Source of the DNA: Chitinophagales bacterium
GTDB taxonomy: Bacteria; Bacteroidota; Bacteroidia; Chitinophagales; CAVYQA01
Assembly: GCA_963770495.1 (NCBI GenBank)
Contig: CAVYQA010000002.1
Coordinates: 16,955-80,954, forward strand
Direction: 5' to 3'
Length of the DNA: 64,000 bases
Position 1 is the first letter of the stretch. The number at the start of each line of letters is the position of its first letter. Below the pieces are notes generated by a model. That model worked only from the letters and a program-made list of their open reading frames with translations, made no database searches and had not been told where the DNA came from. Position numbers and translations under genes: made by a program. Shown here one piece after another: positions 8,894 to 18,401 of the stretch.

Positions 8894-10000
8894 CTAACTC
8901 GTCAATATCACTTTTAAAGCTTTTTCTTTAGCTGCGTTGCCAAAGGTATCGTAAGCTTTCATCACCTCGTCTAATCTGAAATGATGCGTAATTAACTTCT
9001 TCGAATCCAATTTATGAGACTGAACAGTTTTAAACAGCATGGGCGTAGTAACCGTATCCACAAGCCGCGTGGTGATGCCGATGTTTTTCGACCACAGCGT
9101 TTCCATGTGAAGGGTTACGCTCTTTCCGTGTACGCCTATATTGGCGATGTGTCCGCCGGCATCAACAATGGCTTCGCAGAGTTCAAATGTCGCCGGTATC
9201 CCTACTGCTTCAATAGCCGTGTCCACTCCTTTTCCATTTGTCAGTTTCATCACTTTTGCAACAGCATCTTCCTTGCCGCTGTTAATTATTTGAGTTGCCC
9301 CGAAAGTTTTTGCAACGTTAAGGCGATTCTCGTCCATATCTATTACAATAATTTCCGCCGGGGTATAAAATTGTGAGGTTAATAAGGCAGCCATACCCAC
9401 AGGACCTGCACCCACAATGGCAATGGTATCACCCGGTTTTACCTGTCCGTTTAACACGCCGCATTCAAAACCCGTCGGTAAAATATCGCTTAACATCACC
9501 AGCGCCTCTTCATCAGAGCCAGCGGGAATAGGATACAGGCTGTTGTCGGCATAAGGTATCCTCACATATTCAGCCTGTGTTCCGTCAATCATATTGCCCA
9601 ATATCCATCCTCCGTCTGTACAGTGTGAGTACATGCCTTTCTTGCAATATTCGCATTTGCCGCAGGAGGTAATGCAGGAGATAAGAACATGGTCGCCCGT
9701 TTTGAAATTACTTACTGAAGTGCCGACTTCCTCTATAATGCCCACGCCCTCATGACCAATAATTCTTCCGTCGGTAACGGCAGGAAGGTCGCCTTTCATG
9801 ATATGCAAATCGGTTCCGCAGATGGTTGTTTTAAGAATTTTTACAATGGCATCTGTTGATTTTTTAAGCGTTGGTTTGGGTTTGTTTTCCCACGCTTTTT
9901 TTCCGGCGCCGTGATAAACCAGGGCTTTCATGGTAGCCGTTTTTACTGTTTTACCTTTTTTGGCTTCAAGAACTGAAGTGTCTTCTTCTAATGTTTTCAT
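8894..10000 (-). CDS. zinc-dependent NAD(P) alcohol dehydrogenase (alternative start at 9931, MKALVYHG)
   Basis: GHEGVGIIEEVG, the C-x2-C-x2-C-x7-C structural zinc motif, and GAGPVGMAA Rossmann motif. Confidence 0.9.
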   Translation of the reverse strand: MKTLEEDTSVLEAKKGKTVKTATMKALVYHGAGKKAWENKPKPTLKKSTDAIVKILKTTICGTDLHIMKGDLPAVTDGRIIGHEGVGIIEEVGTSVSNFKTGDHVLISCITSCGKCEYCKKGMYSHCTDGGWILGNMIDGTQAEYVRIPYADNSLYPIPAGSDEEALVMLSDILPTGFECGVLNGQVKPGDTIAIVGAGPVGMAALLTSQFYTPAEIIVIDMDENRLNVAKTFGATQIINSGKEDAVAKVMKLTNGKGVDTAIEAVGIPATFELCEAIVDAGGHIANIGVHGKSVTLHMETLWSKNIGITTRLVDTVTTPMLFKTVQSHKLDSKKLITHHFRLDEVMKAYDTFGNAAKEKALKVILTS

Positions 10001-10037
10001 AGGAGTATGTTTTTAGAGTTAGAAAATTATTATTGCC

Positions 10038-10081
10038 ACAAAAATATTGCCATATCAATGTGTTTAAAATGATTTTCATCA
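10038..10081 (-). promoter_or_regulatory. putative promoter, second copy of the 19-nt block plus TGAT-N4-ATCA dyad
   Basis: acaaaaatattgccatatc at 10038-10056; dyad TGATtttcATCA at 10070-10081. Lies upstream of the ADH gene, in the divergent region shared with the antiporter gene. Confidence 0.35.
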
Positions 10082-10236
10082 GTAAAAACAAATGAGTTAT
10101 ACTATTTAACCTTTTCTTAATCTATTTTAATCTTTAAAAATATCTTACCAACATAGAATCTAAAAAGGAGACCGAAAAATTAAACTATTAATGAAAGAAG
10201 TGACAGAAAAGAATAGTTATACCTTAGCAGTTTGAA

Positions 10237-11482
10237 TTGATTGTTATGCAGCTATTTGTTCTGTTTTCTGTTTTAATTTCATTGGCGGCGTTTTTTTCCT
10301 ACATTAATGTAAGGTTATTTAAACTCCCGCCCGGTATTACTCTTATGCTGATGGGAACGCTTGTTTCCATTGCAGTGATTATTACAGGCGAATTATCTCC
10401 GGCATTTACCATATACATAAAGCAACAGCTTTCTTTGATTAATTTTTCAGAATTCCTTTTAGGCATTTTGCTTAGTTTTTTATTGTTTGCGGGTTCGCTG
10501 CACGTAAATTATTCTTCTTTAAGAGAATCGGCAAAAAGCGTAATTAGTTTTGCCACTGTGGGGGTGCTTATTTCCACCGGTTTAATAGCGACAGGTATTT
10601 ACTATTTGCTTTTGCTGTTTAATATGCAAATTCCATTCATACCCTGCTTGCTGTTCGGCGCGCTTATTTCTCCTACCGACCCGATTGCGGTTTTGGGAAT
10701 TTTAAGAAAGGCGCATCTGCCAAAAAAAGTTGAAATAAAAATTACGGGAGAAGCCCTGTTTAACGACGGCGTGGGCGTGGTGGTGTTTGCCACCATTTTA
10801 CAAATTGCGCAACAGGGCATAGAAAATACCGGTGTGGCTTCTGTTTTGCTTTTATTTGCACGGGAAGCCTTTGGCGGGATAATTGCCGGATGGGTTATCG
10901 GTTATATCGGGTTAAAACTTATGAAATCCATTAACCATTTTCAAACTGAAATCTTAATTACGTTAGCCATGGTGATGGGCGGTTATAGTTTATGCCTTGC
11001 TTTACATGTATCGGTGACCATTGGCAATGGTGGTTGCGGGGTTAATGACCGGAAATAAAGAACAGGAATTTATACTACCGGATTCCACAAAAAATTACTT
11101 AGGCATATTCTGGGAGGTTATGGATGACGTATTGAACGCCATTCTGTTTATGCTGATAGGGTTGGAATTAGTGGTGATAAGCTTTCAATTCAGGTATTTT
11201 ATCGTGGGGCTTATTGCCGCAATTATGCTGGTGTTCGCAAGATATATTTCTCTTTGGATACCGGCTTATATTTTCCGGTTCAAACATACCCTGGAAGATG
11301 ATGAGCTTAAAATAATGACCTGGGGCGGCTTGCGCGGCGGCCTATCCATCGCCCTGGTGCTCCTGTTGCCGAACGAACCCTACAAAAGCGTTTTTGTTAC
11401 TATTACCTTTATCATTGTTTTATTTTCAATTTTAATACAAGGGCTTACAATAGAAAGGCTGGTAAAAAAACTCGAAAACTAA
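10237..11482 (+). pseudogene. CPA1-family Na+/H+ antiporter (NhaP-like), frame broken near 11015
   Basis: The two ORFs (10237..11058 and 11021..11482) together give a complete antiporter. ...ALHVS then frame shift then LAMVVAGLMTGN. Removing t11015 restores the typical LHVSGPLAMVVAGL. ISPTDPIAV and NDGVGVVVF motifs are present. Confidence 0.8.
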
Positions 11483-11587
11483 CTACCAATGGAAACAATG
11501 TCTGAACAGGTAAAGCGCTTTCTGAAAGAACTGTTCAGTTTGGAGGCTTAAGTAACGTATATGGTAAATTTAAAACACCTTCCAATC

Positions 11588-13234
11588 TCAACGCGCCGGT
11601 TTTTTCATCAGCTCATGCAGATAATATTTATAATCGGCAGTATCTTTTATCGTGATATAATAATTGGCTAAATCCTGTATGGCGCGGTCATAATCTTTAT
11701 TTAGGGTTAATACTTTTTTCCACTGCTCAACCGCCTTATCTATTTTGCCGTCGAGTTTATACGCTGTGCCCAAATTATACATTGCCGTAACATTTTTGGG
11801 ATGATGCGCCAGTTCTCTTAAAAATTCCCGCTCCGCTTCGGGATACATGCCTAAATGCATATAATCGGTTCCCATATTATTATGAAACTGCACCAGGGTG
11901 GAATCTATTTTAAGCCCCGCCTCGTAGGTGGCAATGGCATCGTTAAAAGAATCTATCTTTTCATATTCCTTGCCGAGCGTTAAATAAGCAAACGTGCCGT
12001 GCGCCGAGGTTTCCGTGGCGCTTTTATAAAATGAATACCGGTCTTTAAACAAGGGCAGCCTGTTGTTGCTGATGATAATGAAAAGAGCTATCCAGCCTAA
12101 CAGGATCACTTTCACCAAAGTTTTTTGTTTATCTATTTCGCGAATCCACACCGTTTCCGATAATATAATTAAGAACCCGAACATGGGTACATATATCCTG
12201 TGCTCCAACCCGACGAACGGCGATACCAAAGCGGGAACAAGAAACAACACATACCATATTGCGCCGAATAAAATATAGTTCCACCGTTTCACCGGCGTAA
12301 AATAAATGGCGGCGGCAACCACCGCCACGGTGAGAATGCTCCACATATAATGCGTATCTTTTAATGTGGTGAGCACGGAGAGGTCGAACGGGAATAATGT
12401 TTTGCCGAGGTATTGCGGCAGCATGGGAAAATTGGTTCCTATGTTTCGCACCACGTTTCCCATGTATATCTTGTTGTTGGCGTTTAGGGCGGCTTGCCGC
12501 AGTATCCACCAGGGAATAATAATTATAAGGTAACCGGTGCCCAAATAAAGTTTTGTCTTCGACAGCCATTTATCGCCGGCAATAAATTGCAGGTAGAAAA
12601 ATGTGAGTATCACAATCATTATCCCATTTTCTTTTGCAAACAGGGCTAACGCAAAAAACAACAGGTGAAGTGCTAATTGGTAATTTTTTTTCTCCTTCAA
12701 ATAATTTATGAAGAAAATAAAACTGCTCAAAACAAATATTGCCAGCAGTGAATCGTTTCTGCCCGGTATCCATGCCACCGCCTGGTTCAGCGCCGGGTGA
12801 ACCAGAAAAAACAGCGACAGAAAAAACGCAGGTATCTCCCCCACTCCCAGTTTTCTCAAAAACAGTACCAGCAGAATCACGGCAAGCGTGTGCAACAGGA
12901 TATTGGTAAAATGATAGAGCATCGGGTCGCTGCTGTCGCTAAGGTGAGCATCAACCATAAACGACACCGTCATCAGCGGGCGGTAATAATCGTGCGAGCG
13001 GTCGGGGCGGTTTTGTATTTTAAATATGTGCTGGCTGAATGCCTGTGGAATATTTGAAAAATCGTTGTTGAAATTAAAATTATCCACCACCAGCAAGGTA
13101 TCATCCAGGTAATCGTAATCGTAGTGCAAACATCTTCCGTACAGAATAAATGACACCACAATCAATACCAGGTACTGGAGCCTGATATTGCTCCAGAATC
13201 CCTTTCGGTTTGGCTTGAGTGGTTGTTTCTTCAC
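11588..13234 (-). CDS. TMTC/PMT-like polytopic membrane protein with C-terminal TPR repeats
   Basis: About 11 TM segments, a YRPLMTVSF motif (DUF1736-like), and C-terminal TPR units (AIATYEAGLKIDS..., YNLGTAYKLDGKIDKAVEQWKKVL). Confidence 0.7.
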   Translation of the reverse strand: MKKQPLKPNRKGFWSNIRLQYLVLIVVSFILYGRCLHYDYDYLDDTLLVVDNFNFNNDFSNIPQAFSQHIFKIQNRPDRSHDYYRPLMTVSFMVDAHLSDSSDPMLYHFTNILLHTLAVILLVLFLRKLGVGEIPAFFLSLFFLVHPALNQAVAWIPGRNDSLLAIFVLSSFIFFINYLKEKKNYQLALHLLFFALALFAKENGIMIVILTFFYLQFIAGDKWLSKTKLYLGTGYLIIIIPWWILRQAALNANNKIYMGNVVRNIGTNFPMLPQYLGKTLFPFDLSVLTTLKDTHYMWSILTVAVVAAAIYFTPVKRWNYILFGAIWYVLFLVPALVSPFVGLEHRIYVPMFGFLIILSETVWIREIDKQKTLVKVILLGWIALFIIISNNRLPLFKDRYSFYKSATETSAHGTFAYLTLGKEYEKIDSFNDAIATYEAGLKIDSTLVQFHNNMGTDYMHLGMYPEAEREFLRELAHHPKNVTAMYNLGTAYKLDGKIDKAVEQWKKVLTLNKDYDRAIQDLANYYITIKDTADYKYYLHELMKKPAR

Positions 13235-13391
13235 GTTAGTTTCACCAAAAATAATAAAATTGAATTATGAACCGCAGAACAACGAATATTGAATAACGAA
13301 GTAGGGCGCAGTACAATTTCGACATTCAGAATTCAATATTCAACATTCGAAATTCAAAAAATTATTTAGCCTTTCAACCTGAAAATATTCC

Positions 13392-14171
13392 TTATGGGTC
13401 CTGCCCCAGCATCACACAAGTATTCTTATACAAATCAGGCAAATTTTCCTGCATGGCGCCGGGCTTTTCGAAGAACACCTCCATGCAACAGGCGAAAAAC
13501 TCATGAATATTTGCAGCGGCATAATCGTGAAAACCCGCCCTGCGCAATACTTCCGCGTCGGACATGGCAATTTTTGCCGAGTCTTCCCACTTATCGTGCG
13601 CGGCAGAAAACGATGCCCTGAACGAGGTGCCATACTCCAGCTCTTCCATTTCCAATGCGTGAGCCATTTCGTGCAAGCCCAGGTTAATACCATCGTCGGG
13701 GATATCAAACCCCTGTTTGAAATAATCCCACGATAAATGTATTTCCCCGCTGTGGCGGATATCGCCGCGGTGCGATTGGTGGTCGGTAGAATTATTAAAG
13801 GCGTCAGGATGTACAATGATCTGTTTAAAATCAGGAAACGGGTCGGGCGGCAAACCAAATGTGATTTGCGTGGCGGCAGCGGCTATAGCCAGTTTTTCGG
13901 GCTTACCGATTACAATACCACCTATTCCGGTTACCTGTTTGTCCTCAAGAAAAAGGAAAACCCGTTTTATGAATTCTGTTTTTTCATCAGCGGAAAGCTT
14001 GCCGTAATAACTGCTTTGCTTAAGCAAAATTGCATCATAATCATCTTTAATATCATGATACGGCACTTCAAGCTCCGATGCAGCCGTCTTCATTCTTGGA
14101 AGGAAGTAAAGAAAAGCATATATCAGCCCCATAACTATAAATGTTCCCACAAAAACAATTAAATAATACAT
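13392..14171 (-). CDS. zinc-dependent peptidase, MtfA/M90-like, N-terminal TM anchor
   Basis: HEMAHALE HExxH motif, downstream EFFA block, N-terminal hydrophobic helix. Confidence 0.65.
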   Translation of the reverse strand: MYYLIVFVGTFIVMGLIYAFLYFLPRMKTAASELEVPYHDIKDDYDAILLKQSSYYGKLSADEKTEFIKRVFLFLEDKQVTGIGGIVIGKPEKLAIAAAATQITFGLPPDPFPDFKQIIVHPDAFNNSTDHQSHRGDIRHSGEIHLSWDYFKQGFDIPDDGINLGLHEMAHALEMEELEYGTSFRASFSAAHDKWEDSAKIAMSDAEVLRRAGFHDYAAANIHEFFACCMEVFFEKPGAMQENLPDLYKNTCVMLGQDP

Positions 14172-14354
14172 ACTATAAGTTTTATTTGAGGTTCAAAATA
14201 AATCAATCGTGAACACTCTTGCAATTAATTTAAATCTATTCCTTTCAATAATCGTTCTTCCATTTTTGTCTAAGCTGATCGGGTACACACACCCAAAAAT
14301 TACTTTTTGCTTATCAAATCACCAAATCGTCAACTTATCAAATTATTTTCATTC

Positions 14355-14370
14355 TTAAATTTGTATGTTT
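14355..14370 (+). promoter_or_regulatory. candidate Bacteroidota -7 promoter boxes upstream of pfkA
   Basis: TAAATTTG (14355-14362) and TATGTTTG (14363-14370) both fit TAnnTTTG, 34-49 nt upstream of the ATG at 14404. Confidence 0.3.
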
Positions 14371-14403
14371 GATTAACGAACAACAAATTTTATAAACCAA
14401 TTT

Positions 14404-15387
14404 ATGCCGTCAACCATTAAAACAATAGGCGTGTTCACCTCTGGCGGTGATGCGCCGGGAATGAATGCAGCCCTGCGCGCCGTGGTGCGCTCGGCTGTTT
14501 ATTATGGCGTTAAAGTGTATGGTATCCGGCGGGGTTACGACGGAATGATAGACGGCGATTTTATTGAAATGGCTGCAACGGATGTGAGCAACATCATACA
14601 ACGGGGCGGCACCATTTTAAAAACCTCGCGCTGCGAGCGTTTTAAAACGGCGGAAGGCATGGCTGCCGCTTACAGGCAGGTGGCGGCGCGCGGCATTGAG
14701 GGGCTGGTTGCCCTCGGCGGCGACGGCACGTTCAGGGGCGGGCTTGAGTTTGAACAAAAATATGCTATACCGATGATTGGTATACCCTGCACCATTGATA
14801 ACGACCTTTTCGGCATTGATTATACCATTGGGTTTGACACGGCGATAAACACCGCTTTAGACGCCATTGATAAAATCCGCGACACGGCTGATGCGCACAA
14901 CCGTTTATTTTTTATTGAGGTGATGGGACGCGATGCGGGATTTATTGCCATATACAGCGGTATTGCGGGCGGCGCGGAAGCCATACTGGTTCCCGAAACG
15001 AAAACAGATATAACTGCAGTTATATCCGCTCTTGAAAGGGGCTGGAACAGGAAAAAATCATCGTCAATAGTGGTGGTGGCAGAGGGTGAATATGAAGGCG
15101 GCGCTTTTGAAGTGGCTAGAAAAGTGAAAGAAAAATTTACGCATTACGACACGCGCGTGTCGGTGATAGGGCATATGCAGCGCGGCGGAAGCCCCTCCTG
15201 CATGGACAGGGTGCTGGCAAGCCAGCTCGGCGTGGCGGCAGTGGAGCATTTGTTAAATGGCGAACGGAATAAAATGGTGGGAAAATTACACCGCTCTATT
15301 GAACTTACCCCCTTTGAAAATGCCACTAAACATAACGTAGATATTAACCCCCAGATGCTGAAGATAGCTGAGATACTTTCGACGTAA
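14404..15387 (+). CDS. pfkA: ATP-dependent 6-phosphofructokinase
   Basis: GVFTSGGDAPGMNAA, GGDGTF, PCTIDND, MGRDAGF, GHMQRGG motifs. Confidence 0.95.
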   Translation: MPSTIKTIGVFTSGGDAPGMNAALRAVVRSAVYYGVKVYGIRRGYDGMIDGDFIEMAATDVSNIIQRGGTILKTSRCERFKTAEGMAAAYRQVAARGIEGLVALGGDGTFRGGLEFEQKYAIPMIGIPCTIDNDLFGIDYTIGFDTAINTALDAIDKIRDTADAHNRLFFIEVMGRDAGFIAIYSGIAGGAEAILVPETKTDITAVISALERGWNRKKSSSIVVVAEGEYEGGAFEVARKVKEKFTHYDTRVSVIGHMQRGGSPSCMDRVLASQLGVAAVEHLLNGERNKMVGKLHRSIELTPFENATKHNVDINPQMLKIAEILST

Positions 15388-15407
15388 GAAATTATCTTTG
15401 AGGTGCC

Positions 15408-16763
15408 ATGTCGAAAACCATTATTAAAAATGCCTTTATCGTTAATGAAGGAAAAACCGTCAGCGGCGATGTATTAATAACGGATACTATTATTGAGCGC
15501 ATAGCCCCGCAAATTAATTCGCCCGGCGCTAAAGAAATAAACGGCGAGGGCTTATATCTTATTCCCGGCATTATTGACGACCAGGTGCATTTTCGCGAGC
15601 CGGGTTTAACATATAAGGGTGATATTTATACGGAGTCGAAAGCGGCAGTGGCGGGTGGTGTTACGTCGTTTATGGATATGCCCAATACCAATCCTCCCGC
15701 CATCACCAATAAGTTGCTGGAAGAAAAATATAAACTGGGGGCGCAAAAATCATTAGCCAATTATTCGTTTTATTTAGGTACATCGAATACAAATATTGAG
15801 GAAGTGAAACGTGTGGATGTGAAAAACGTGAGCGGCATAAAAATTTTCATGGGTTCCTCTACGGGCAACCTTGCTATAACGGATAATAAAGCGCTGGAAC
15901 AAATTTTTGAACACGCTCCCACCCTTGTCGCCACCCACTGCGAAGATGATGCGATGATAAAAGAGAATTTGGAAAAATACCGCGCGCAATACGCCGATGC
16001 TATTCCCATGAAATATCACCCCGACATACGCAACGCCGCCAACTGTCTTAAATCATCAACGCTGGCAACGGGACTGGCAAAAAAATATAACACACGATTA
16101 CACATACTGCATATTAGCACGGCGGACGAGTTAACACTTTTTTCAAATCAAGAGAATCTATCGAAGAAAAAAATAACAGCAGAGGTGTGTGTGCATCACC
16201 TATGGTTTGACAGCAGCGACTACGAACGCCTCGGTCCGCTTATTAAATGCAACCCTGCCATAAAAGATGCCCGTCATAAAGAAAAATTATTTGCCGCACT
16301 TTTGGATAACACGCTCGATATAATTGCCACCGACCATGCGCCACATACCCGGGAAGAAAAATTTGTTCAAACTTCTGACGGCAAAATTAATTATTTAAAA
16401 AGCCCGTCGGGATTGCCGTTGATACAACACTCGCTTAACGTGATGCTGCAATTTTATCATAACAAAAAAATAACTCTTGAAAAAGTTATTGAAATAATGT
16501 GCCACGCTCCCGCTCTTTGTTTTCAATTAGAGAACCGCGGGTTTATTCGCGAAGGGTACTATGCCGATTTGACTCTCGTAGATATAAATAAAGAATGGAC
16601 GGTTGAAAAAAACAATATTCTTTATAAATGCGGCTGGTCGCCGTTTGAGGGAAATACATTTAAAGGAAAAGTGACTCACACGTTTGTAAACGGCAACCTT
16701 GTTTACAATAGCGGCGCATTTGATGAATCGAAAAAAGGAATGCGGCTGACGTTTAAGCGGTAA
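15408..16763 (+). CDS. pyrC: dihydroorotase (cyclic amidohydrolase family)
   Basis: DDQVHFREPG metal-binding HxH-type block, ATDHAPH, and typical amidohydrolase length of 451 aa. Confidence 0.8.
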   Translation: MSKTIIKNAFIVNEGKTVSGDVLITDTIIERIAPQINSPGAKEINGEGLYLIPGIIDDQVHFREPGLTYKGDIYTESKAAVAGGVTSFMDMPNTNPPAITNKLLEEKYKLGAQKSLANYSFYLGTSNTNIEEVKRVDVKNVSGIKIFMGSSTGNLAITDNKALEQIFEHAPTLVATHCEDDAMIKENLEKYRAQYADAIPMKYHPDIRNAANCLKSSTLATGLAKKYNTRLHILHISTADELTLFSNQENLSKKKITAEVCVHHLWFDSSDYERLGPLIKCNPAIKDARHKEKLFAALLDNTLDIIATDHAPHTREEKFVQTSDGKINYLKSPSGLPLIQHSLNVMLQFYHNKKITLEKVIEIMCHAPALCFQLENRGFIREGYYADLTLVDINKEWTVEKNNILYKCGWSPFEGNTFKGKVTHTFVNGNLVYNSGAFDESKKGMRLTFKR

Positions 16764-17250
16764 CCCTCATCCTGTAAAATGCAATAAGGTCAGTAGCGGG
16801 AATTTCAGTCACCCCCGCTCCCCGCATCATCGTTACTAATTGACCCCTATGATAGGTGGAGTGGTTCATAAGATGAGTAATTATTTTATATAATTCATTA
16901 CTGAAGGAATCGCCTTTTATGTTTTTATAAGTGATTACCCCTTCCAGTTTTTTATCATCACTCTGCTCTGCAAGATTTACAAATGCTTTTGATTGCTGCA
17001 GCCAAAATTCCGTCATCTTATTTATATCCTCAAAATTTTTGGCTTTATATTCCCATGTGGAATCGCCATTGATGCGTTTTAGCCAGTTGTATTCGCAATC
17101 TGCTATATGTTCGGCGGTTTTTCTTATGGTGTTGAAGCTGCTTTTCTGTTCCAGGTTCAACTGTGCAGGAGTGAGTTTTTGCAAAGCAGAAGCCATCCTT
17201 TCATTCGCCCATTGGTTGTAAGCGGTGAGGTCTGTTAACAGGTTTTTCAT
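16753..17250 (-). CDS. DinB-family protein
   Basis: AYNQWANERM N-terminus and C-terminal HLMNHSTYHRGQ motif. Confidence 0.85.
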   Translation of the reverse strand: MKNLLTDLTAYNQWANERMASALQKLTPAQLNLEQKSSFNTIRKTAEHIADCEYNWLKRINGDSTWEYKAKNFEDINKMTEFWLQQSKAFVNLAEQSDDKKLEGVITYKNIKGDSFSNELYKIITHLMNHSTYHRGQLVTMMRGAGVTEIPATDLIAFYRMRVTA

Positions 17251-17304
17251 AAAAGTGATTTTATGGAATACAAATTTATAAGAACTTTGGTTCTGTAAAA
17301 ATAA

Positions 17305-17389
17305 TTGCCGTTAGTTTTAACTGCACTTGCCGTCAGTTTTAACTACTTGCCGTCAGTTTTAACTACTTGCCGTCAGTTTTAACTGACGG
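17305..17389 (+). repeat. REP array, 4 tandem units of ~20 bp ending in the palindrome ccgtcagttttaactgacgg
   Basis: Units ttgccgtcagttttaactac start at 17327, 17347 and 17367 (degenerate copy at 17305). Terminal 9-bp stem 17370-17378 / 17381-17389. Confidence 0.85.
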
Positions 17390-17416
17390 ATAATAAAAGC
17401 AGCACAACCTAAGGCT

Positions 17417-17863
17417 TTAGCCCAAAACATTGCTTTCAAATTTTTCCCATCCATACTTTATTCTAAACTCCTCTATTTCTTCAGCAAATGTCTTTTTTCT
17501 GTGATGTTCTTCCTGTGCATTAATATATTTCCTTATCCTCTCAACTTGTGATTGCCCGATAGAAACAGCGAAATAATCATCCTGCCAATTTATTTTCTCT
17601 TTACACATTCCGCTTTCATTTAACCAATGTGCCGATTCACCTTTTAATAAGTGCATTGTTTTTGCAATTGTTTGTTCTTTATCCAATGAAAACAAACAAT
17701 GTACGTGATCTGTGTATCCGTTTACCACATCTATCCAAATTCCTTTGCTCCTTCCATAATTAATAATATGAGTGTATAAACTCGTTCTGATTTCTTTAGT
17801 CAGCATTGGTTGCCTGTTTTTAGTAGACCATACAGCGTGTATCCAAACTGTTACATAAGACAT
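17417..17863 (-). CDS. REP-associated tyrosine transposase (RAYT; IS200-like Y1 HUH transposase)
   Basis: VWSTKNRQP, HUH motif DHVHCLF, C-terminal YINAQEEHH (catalytic Tyr region). 148 aa, flanked by REP arrays. Confidence 0.85.
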   Translation of the reverse strand: MSYVTVWIHAVWSTKNRQPMLTKEIRTSLYTHIINYGRSKGIWIDVVNGYTDHVHCLFSLDKEQTIAKTMHLLKGESAHWLNESGMCKEKINWQDDYFAVSIGQSQVERIRKYINAQEEHHRKKTFAEEIEEFRIKYGWEKFESNVLG

Positions 17864-17917
17864 AAATTTCAGTTTTTGTTTGGGGGCTAAAGCCTAAAAT
17901 TATTATAATTTCTGTTC

Positions 17918-17984
17918 CCGTCAGTTAAAACTGACGGCAATTTCAGTTAAAACTGACGGCAATTTCTGCTCAAGCAAACGGCAA
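17918..17984 (-). repeat. REP array, about 3 units of 22 bp, inverted relative to the left array
   Basis: cccgtcagttaaaactgacggcaa, tttcagttaaaactgacggcaa, and a degenerate tttctgctcaagcaaacggcaa. Confidence 0.85.
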
Positions 17985-18017
17985 TTAAATGTTCTGAAAC
18001 AGGGGGGATTATTTCAA

Positions 18018-18401
18018 TTATTTAGCCACAACAATCTTACGCTCTTCAATGGTGTTTCCGGCAGTTATTTGCAGTAAGTAAACACCGTTGGCAAGTTGTT
18101 GCACCGGTATGGTCGTTTCAATATGTTGTGTTTTGTCTAAATTAACCGTCCACACGGTTTGACCTAAAAGGTTATACAGTTGCAACCGCACGGGTTCCTG
18201 TTGCTGGAAAGTAACCGATAGATATACAACATCACTCGAAGGATTAGGATAAAGATGAATCTGGTCAAAACCGCCGTCAGGTGTACCCGTGGCGGGGTTA
18301 TGAAGAATAGCACCCACAGGGGTTGAAAGCTGTATGGTTTGCGCATTTAAAGTAGCGGCAGCCAGCAGAAAGATTAATAATATACTTGTAAAAATTTTCA
18401 T
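18018..18401 (-). CDS. small secreted protein consisting mostly of a T9SS type-A C-terminal sorting domain
   Basis: Signal peptide MKIFTSILLIFLLAAATLNAQ (start chosen at 18401 rather than 18473). CTD: LYPNPSSDVVYLSV...LYNLLGQTV...LANGVYLLQI. Confidence 0.75.
   Translation of the reverse strand: MKIFTSILLIFLLAAATLNAQTIQLSTPVGAILHNPATGTPDGGFDQIHLYPNPSSDVVYLSVTFQQQEPVRLQLYNLLGQTVWTVNLDKTQHIETTIPVQQLANGVYLLQITAGNTIEERKIVVAK

Larger units (their letters stand above)
17305..17984. mobile_element. REPtron: RAYT gene flanked by inverted arrays of palindromic REP units
   Basis: Left array 17305-17389, right array 17918-17984 in the opposite orientation. An inner 12-bp inverted repeat aggctttagccc (17412-17423) / gggctaaagcct (17884-17895) hugs the ORF. 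Confidence 0.8.

Noticed and set aside
11021-11482. Independent 153-aa gene with a TTG start
   Set aside because: Its sequence is the direct continuation of the CPA1 antiporter after a 1-nt frame shift. It was therefore merged into one disrupted gene.
11486-11551. 19-codon mini-ORF (METMSEQVKRFLKELFSLEA) and the ctgaacag...ctgttcag hairpin after the antiporter gene
   Set aside because: The ORF is too short and has no supporting signal. The hairpin has a long loop and no T-run. It may be a weak terminator but is not supportable.
17305-17389. Tandem 20-bp repeats that could be mistaken for a CRISPR array
   Set aside because: The units abut directly with no unique spacers. The unit is a palindromic REP. 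An inverted copy of the array lies on the other side of a RAYT gene. No cas genes are present.
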